A DNA stretch of 64,000 nt, taken from assembly GCA_038496445.1 (NCBI GenBank), contig JALMLS010000585.1, positions 62,001 through 126,000 of the forward strand, read 5' to 3'. A program made the translations under genes and the position numbers. Below, one piece after another: positions 56,668 to 64,000 of the stretch. The notes beneath the pieces are model-generated. The model was not told where the DNA came from and ran no database searches. It saw only the letters and a program-made list of their open reading frames with translations. Origin of the DNA: Trichosphaerium sp. ATCC 40318 (Eukaryota; Protista; Tubulinea). Within the stretch, counting starts at the first letter, position 1. Each line of letters opens with the position of its first letter.

Positions 56668-58613
56668 ATGACAGCATCACGTGTCGCAATATTATTTACT
56701 TTACTCCTTGCCTGTACGTAAAACCTCCCCTTCTTCACGTTGTTTTTACTAACCCAACAAAATGACAGTGTGTTATGCATTGAGCGTAAATGAGTGGGGA
56801 CAGCTCACTGAAAAAGACCTGGAAACTGGCGAGCGGTTAGAGTATCCTCGGATCGCTACTGGTGACATGACAGGTCACGGACAAACTATATGTATCGCAG
56901 CAACAATAGAGGCCATGGGTTCAGGAAAAGGAGCAGTTGTTTTTATTGGCAATCAACAAAGTACGTTCAGAAACACTTTTATTCCAACAAATAAAGTGTT
57001 TAATAGCACGTGCTTACACTTTGTTAGGTTTTGAAGATGGAACAGTTACTTCGTTCAGACTCACTGGAGACTCTATACCTTACAGTATTGCCTACGGAAA
57101 TAATGAGTTTGCCATTGTACTCTACAACGACACTCTACGAGGTGAAATGAGGTTTATTACACCAGAAGGAAATGTTCGTGCAACACTTTTAGTTCTAGTT
57201 TATCAACCTTAAGTAACCTACTTCACAGAGTTTTACTGTATCTGAAGTATACAAGTATGATGTATTACATGTTGCTGGGTTTCACGATACTGCTTTCACT
57301 TTTGATCAAGGTATGCCCTTTATTTTTACTAAACAAAGCGTTTTAAGTTTGTTTGCCTTTTGATTCACACTTTTGTGTCATCGGGTAGAGCACGCGATAA
57401 GTTGATTTCAAATTTTACACCTATTATAACTACTTAAAAACTTTGAATGCTGAGCACTACTGTGTAGCACCTCAGTGCGTATTTTAGCTGATAAGCTATC
57501 AAGTTTTAGTAAATTCGAAAAAAAGTGTTTAAGTGGCAATTTATGATTCTAATCTCTACTTAGCATCCAATTCATACGTCCTCATTAATAGAGACAGAAG
57601 CAATAGTATTATATCGCCTATTTTTGTTGACGCTGATACAAAGGAGTTGTCTGTAGGCAGTAACAAAGGTATGTACATTGATGATTATAACTAGAGTTTT
57701 TGTGACTCTCGCTTTAGTTGCTGAAGGTGGGCTGTTCACAACTTCAGCAGAAATAGGTGAAGATGCATGTATCGTCACTGCTTTTCAAAAAAGGAACGAA
57801 CGTATTGGGTTGATACGTATATCAGTGATAAAAGGAGCACAGACGGTAAGCAAGAATAATTATTGTGTTATGTATTAAGTTGATTATCAGTTTCTTTATG
57901 AACATCTTCTTGTAAATGATAGTAACATGTACGATGAAGCTACAGATATGGCTTATGATCCAGTTTCAAACCAGTTTGCGTTGCTCTACGTAACTGCTAT
58001 TGATTCCGATCCAATTCTCCCGCCACCACCAATGAGTAATTTGACAATACACGTGATCCAATTTTCAGTAAAATGTGAGGCCAATGCTCAAGTTCAAGTT
58101 ATTGGAGATACTGCAAATATTACAACAATAGCTAATAGAAGAGAGTTATCTTATGCTATTCGACAATCCCAACTAGCGAATAGTGCATTTCTAGCAACAT
58201 ATTCAGATGCTGTATCAACATACATGCTTGATGTATCGTCATCAAATGACATAAACACGGTAAAACTACCTGACAATGCAGCCAAGATTCCTAATAATGT
58301 CGATATTGCTTGGTTACAAACATCTTCTTGTGGATTAGCTGTGGTATGTTTCCCCATCTATATCATTATTGACGGAAAGTAATGTCTTTGTTTTTTTTAG
58401 GTTGTTGCTGAAACAGATAAAGATACATCGTTTATGTTGGTTGATGAAACCCTCAACATTTTCAATTGTTCTGATGCTCAAACTATTGCGCCTACAACAG
58501 CGCCACCATCGACAACAACATCACCAAGTACTGGAGATACACCAAGCGCCTCTATGCGTATCACGTGGTATGCACTAAGTCTCTTGTTATTATTCATCAG
58601 TCTTTGTACTTGA
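56668..58613 (+). CDS. Secreted, putatively GPI-anchored surface protein, copy 2
   Basis: Same exon structure as 48565-50392 with high identity. One intron is expanded (57311-57563). Confidence 0.8.
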
Positions 58614-59074
58614 TGTCTTTGTGATACCTTGTAATACCTTTGAATACTGATATTACAATGAATAATCAACCCTTGCATTTTCATAGAGTATCTTAATATT
58701 TAACTTGACAACTTTTCGAACTACTTAATAGATTGTAGCTTGCAATGCTACTAGTAGATTGCGAAACGTAGGAACTTGGATTTGACATGAAATAGGGCTA
58801 AATAATATTTTGGCGGTCAGCACAGACAGTTCACCTATAATTAGTATCAAGCGTCTCAAATGAAGCATGTTGGGCGGAGAAATTATGAATTTGCACTGGA
58901 CACGTGATTTCATCAAACCAATATTTATTGTATTTTACATTTTGAGGTTGTAAGTCGCTTTACGGAATGTCTGTGAGAATTTTCTTTAAGGTTTAGATGC
59001 TCCTTTTGTCCTTATGATTGTGCCATCACCAGAGGGTAGTTACCAACGAAAACAAGTAATTTAAACTGTACAGA

Positions 59075-61595
59075 ATAGTCCTCTTACCTTAGGTTTTATT
59101 TATCACCACCAAGACGCAAGGCATCTAACTTTGTGGAAATAGAAAGACCATCAAGTGAGTCAACACAAAGCGTACAACATGAGTATGGTAACTCCGACTA
59201 TTCATAGTCAGTAAATCCATTTTTAGATTTTAGTAACGACTAATCCAATCAATAAATGCTCTTTTTTACAAAGTTGCTCGTGTTATTGCTAATTGTACTG
59301 TTGTTTTATGACAAATACATGCTTGTCGCAAAATGTCGCGATACTACGCGAAATCTCGTGAAATATCACGAATGCACTTTCGCGAATTTTGCCAAAAGTA
59401 GTGCAAACCCCATTCTTTTCCATTTCACCTTAACGTTTCATTTGCTGCTATTATAGGCATGTTATGGAGTAATTTTATAGAGGAGGTTATACAGCAATTG
59501 TAGTCTCACATCAACCTGTTGCATGAACTAAATTGGAGATAGGACGTCTTGAAATAAAAATACACTCCGAGAATTATTAGACTAATGTTACCTCGCCTTG
59601 CAATACTGTAACTTAACAATGTGAAGAGTATGAGTTCTGCAATATTGACCAGTATTATGCATGGAATATGTTTAACAACCAGAGACGTTATGAGGAACGG
59701 ATACTTTCAAATACTGCAAAATTTTATGAATTTGCAGTACCTAACGAAAAAGTACCAACGTACCACTTTTTTTTATTGCTCTAATAGATCATGGAGTCTG
59801 ATGAAGGGCTCAGAATTGTACTAATTGGAAACAAATTACAAAAATTTGAAACGTAAATGACGTCATGTGATTTTTTAGAAACAATATTGTTTTGCCATAA
59901 CATCCTACCTCTTCAACATGAAAGAAACTAGCACCTAGATTGTTTTGTGAACCTACCAACGAAAGTTCGTTTCCATTGTCCAAGAAGTGTTTACTTTATT
60001 GGCACTATTGTACGACCTTAGGTGCGGAAAAAAAAATTACCCGCGCTCCCATTCTATTGTAATTTTTGGATAGGTAAGGACGGTTCATTTCCAAGGTACA
60101 TATGCGAAACTTTTATACTCAAGTTATTTTTGTAAATATCACGCAATCATGTGATTTAAATGCACACTAGCGTATGAGAAAGTTACCAGCAAATCATTCT
60201 ACTCAAGTTTTCAAACACTAAACAACACAAGCGGAAAAATGGTACGAAGCAAATTTCCGCTGTTCTATCTCTATATCTCACAGTATACCCAGAACTGGAT
60301 TCTTTTATTGGTTTGTGTGGCAATCTTCCTCGCGCAAGTTACAGCGCTAGACACAAGCAAAACGCCTGGAGAAAACTTCGACCTCAGCAACTGGAAAATA
60401 ACACTTCCTGATTCGTCAGCAAGCGAAAGATCACCTTCTCAAGTACGCAACTATTTCCCCACTTTCTACAAAGGCATGCCTTTTTAACATTGCTGTTAGC
60501 TGCGCACATATGTTTCCAACTACTTTTACACAGGAGGCGATGGATCGATGACCTTCTATTGTCCTTCAAATGGCGGTACAACAAGTGGATCAAGTTACCC
60601 AAGATCTGAGTTACGTCAACTCTGTAACCCTGATGACGATAACTACGTACACAACAACAATGTTAATCTAAATCTAACACTCTGCCTTCTTTTTTTAGAA
60701 TTGGCACATATCTGATAAAAACGTGATGAAAGCAAGACTCAAAGTTGATAGAGCCAAAACGGATGCCAATAAAGTTATAGTACTTCAAATTCACGCTTTT
60801 GATGCCCCACCTCTTATCAAAATTCAATGGGAATCTAACGGGAATATCTACGCTTTGTACAAGAAAAACAGAAACGGTGACGATGCTCCAAAGGTATGTA
60901 TAACATTTATTATTTGTCTCGAAGTTACAATTAACACAAACTTGAGGTTACTCTGGGCAGTGTTGGATTTAGTCGTTTTAACATGGAAATACATGTACGT
61001 CCTCGACATTATGTAACTTGTTTTGATGTTTACCAATAGGCTGACAACGGACGCCTTAAAGTGTACCTCAATGGTGCTAAAAAACTGGACGTAGATGTGG
61101 GTGGATATTGGAGCAGCTTCACAAACTACTTCAAGGCTGGTAGCTACTTGCAAGCAAACTCTGGTGGTCAGTTCGCTACAGTTCGATTCTATGAATTGGA
61201 TATCACCAGCCAAGGACCTTGTGAAGAAGATTAAATAAACTGCTCACACTTTCAATTCAAGTTGCCTATGCCAAACAGTTTTAATACAGTTTTGTTCCCG
61301 CTGTACCTTTAAAAATGACACGTGGGCACCATGTGACCTAAAAAGTGAACATAAAGATATAGCTGTTTCTTGGTATCCAGTAGACAAGGAACAGTACCAA
61401 ACTCTCACTTAAGAACCTCATGACTAGTCGAGAACTCGACAAAACTAACCAGCATTACAAATGTGGACATCGATCACTTAATCATTGTTCATGAAATAAG
61501 GTAAAATGAGAACACAACTTGCTCGTGTTGGAGTATTTTAGCATTATGGTAGTAGAACTTGAATAATATCGCAAGTTTTTCAATCAACTTTTTCA
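59075..61595. repeat. Segmental duplication copy 2 (inverted relative to ~27290-29735)
   Basis: Near-identical reverse-complement match including non-coding flanks, with an indel near the left edge. Boundaries are approximate. Confidence 0.9.
60239..61234 (+). CDS. Secreted polysaccharide lyase family 7 (alginate-lyase-like), copy 2, 6 exons
   Basis: Same motifs as copy 1 (YPRSELRQ, VLQIHA, YFKAGSYLQ); ends ...QGPCEED*. Confidence 0.9.
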
Positions 61596-61850
61596 ATCTG
61601 TTGGTTTCTTTCACAAAGGGCTCGTTTTTACATAAATCCTGAGAGCGTTGACTTGTATGTAAAGTAAAACACTAGTGTATAGATGGTATTGTCAGATCAA
61701 TACTCATGGATAGGTGTTGGTAAACGATCATCTTGATCAATTCTACATGAAACTATTTTGAATCACTTTGACTCATTGTTAAACCGTCTTGTTATCAAAA
61801 CGTGTCTCATAAATAAATGGCAGAAAGTGCTTTATTTGTTACAATTGGAT

Positions 61851-62156
61851 TCAAACAACATAATCTACAGCTTCTTCATTTTCTTCATATTCCCTTATCT
61901 TTAAGTTTCTCCACGTGAAGAAGCCTACAAAACCAGCAGCTATCAATGCTTCTACAAGAATTGCTACAACAAACAAGTACCAATATTTCGTCAAGGGACC
62001 ATGAGAGGCTACCAACATTATCACCGTCACAATTGCAGCGATAATAGAGACAATGCAGATAGCCAAAAGTGAGTGGATTGACCTTTGTTTTATGCTAGTG
62101 TCCTTTAGATTTGTTGTCCTAACGACCAAGTACACAAGAGCAGCTTCATAGCACAT
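61851..62156 (-). CDS. Small two-TM membrane protein with acidic C-terminal tail
   Basis: Two hydrophobic helices, tail EYEENEEAVDYVV*. Conserved with the paralogue at 37037-37344, including upstream non-coding blocks. Confidence 0.7.
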   Translation of the reverse strand: MCYEAALVYLVVRTTNLKDTSIKQRSIHSLLAICIVSIIAAIVTVIMLVASHGPLTKYWYLFVVAILVEALIAAGFVGFFTWRNLKIREYEENEEAVDYVV

Positions 62157-63867
62157 AGTTTTGGTTGAGCTATTGCGCAGGTGTAACCGTTTACGGGCTT
62201 ATATTATGGGTTTGACAGGTTGCCTTATTCTGAATAAGTAAGGCCACTAATTACAACGTAACTGTGTTCAGATTTAGGTATAAGAGATGTAGAGGCGCTT
62301 CTTTCTACAGCTTTTGTCTTTCAGTTAAACAGTTTGGGTGCATTCATCAATCAACCAATTGAGATAGTTAATACCAAAACAAACGCTCTTGTAAGTGAAC
62401 TCTGGATTGACCAGTAGTTCGGGTAATTTTTTGAAGCGAAAATTTTTGTTTTCAGAGATAGTTTACTATAAAACTACAGCTTCAAACAAATACTTGGGTA
62501 CAGTTTTGCAAATTGATGGTATTGTCAAGCATCGGAGCGGAAGAGATTTACAATATCCAATATGTAATGCTGAAAATGGGATGAATGGTAGCAACATGTA
62601 CCCGGGTATTGTTCTCCGTAGCACATTTTGATAACAAAGTAGTTTACATTGTCGAGCTTGCTGAGAATACCCACCTCTGTACTTCACTTGTTTACCAACA
62701 ATAGAGCGTAGAAGAATCATGGACTACAATGAGCCAAGTACATAGCATAGGATTGTTATGGAAACAATACGTTTTGCACCTATTTTCGGATAGGTTCCTA
62801 CGGAAGATTGTGAAGTACCCATGTATCTGTCTATTACCAACTGAAAGACAACAAGTTAGGGTCCTTTTCAAATAAAGTAAGTACGTGCAAACATAGAAAA
62901 GGGCTAAGAAGATCCTTACAATGAACCTGAGACCAGTCGGGTAGTAAGTTCTACTGACATCATTGACAAACTTGGTTTAGTACTTTTGCAAATTTTCCCC
63001 TTTGGAGATTTGACAGATTTGGCAGATCTTCTCGTTTGTCTTACAGAGCTCTCAAAACTAACGCTTTCGTTGGGTGCATAGTTCAGTCTACAATTCATTG
63101 AAGCATCAACAGATTTGCGATGCTAAAGAAAGGCGCAGTTACAACAATAAATAGTGATGTAGCAGTTTACACGCGGTGTTGATTGAAAGAAAGGTGGCAC
63201 AGCATTTCTAACAAAGGAGCGTATTAGAATTTTCCTTTAAGGGCTGTGATGGTCTCTGACTCATTGTAGTACTCTGAGGTATTGTAGCCACGTACAACAT
63301 TAAAATTCTGACCAAAACCAGCTTACCTGTTCGCGAAGCTCATTATCACGTGTAACCATACAGTAACATCGAAAGCATAACTAATCAAGCAAATCCTAGT
63401 GGCTGTGAGCCACGAAAAACAAAGCAAAGCGAGCCTTAAGCACCTTATTGTAATCCTAAGCGCGTGAATGAGTGGTGCCTCTGTTCCTTGAGGTTGCAAC
63501 TTTTTTGAAATATGTCAGGTTTCAGAAAAAACAGGGTGTTTGGACAAGAGTATAAAACTTGGAGTTTTCTAGGAGCCCACGATCACTTAAACCGTTTTGT
63601 TGCACTGGTACATAGGACTAAATCGTCCTACTAAAACTCATTTATGCTCTTGTACAAACTTTTATTTTTAGCTAGCATTTGCTTTGTAGGAATCTGTGGG
63701 CGTAAGGTATTCATTACAAAAGTTCTTAGCCTAAATAAAAATGTACCAGTTTTAAATGAAAGTCGACGTTACAAATCTCCCCTAACTTGTTATTTCACCC
63801 ATTCTCACATTTCTTGATTGAAACGGCAGTTTGCCCCGAAAAATAGTTTTCACACTTGCTTAACAAT

Positions 63868-64000
63868 CGCACGTGATTTGCAGTATCGTCAAACGTAGCT
63901 TAAATAATCCACGAAGCGTTAAAAAACCATTGCATGGTTTTTAGTTTGGCATGAATAGACACGATCTTATTTAATGTACCCGAATGCCAGCACGACCAAA
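63868..64000 (+). promoter_or_regulatory. Third copy of the upstream region of the GPI surface-protein family
   Basis: cacgtgattt...aatccacgaagcgttaaa...gcatggttttt...gatcttatt.aatgtacccgaatg matches ~48343-48480 and ~56490-56610. Confidence 0.6.

Noticed and set aside
62395-63300. Possible spliced minus-strand gene
   Set aside because: Some splice-like sites and short open frames, but no model or homology I can support.

Overview
Gene-dense, AT-rich eukaryotic (protist) DNA with many short spliceosomal introns (donor consensus GTACGT/GTAAGT) and the standard genetic code. An AgtA-type GT77+WD40 gene points to an amoebozoan (inference). Housekeeping genes: MIC60, ERV1, poly(A) polymerase, PI4-kinase III-beta, V-ATPase subunit a, a Rab11-like GTPase, snurportin-1, cytosolic HSP70 and TRAPPC4. 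Accessory content: three F-box/LRR genes, an intronless secreted M28 aminopeptidase, two inverted copies of an intron-containing PL7 alginate-lyase-like gene, a duplicated GPI-anchored surface-protein family and a small 6-Cys prepropeptide. The main feature is a complete 5.3-kb tyrosine-recombinase retrotransposon (51039-56377, minus strand) with Ngaro-type split direct repeats (A1...B1-A2-B2) that are identical by eye. Its gag and RT/RNaseH ORFs lie in one frame, separated by a single UGA in a readthrough-like context (UGA-CUG). Several long hairpins and an intronic C/D-box snoRNA candidate were also seen. Exon boundaries were derived by eye, so multi-exon genes are given as start-to-stop spans.
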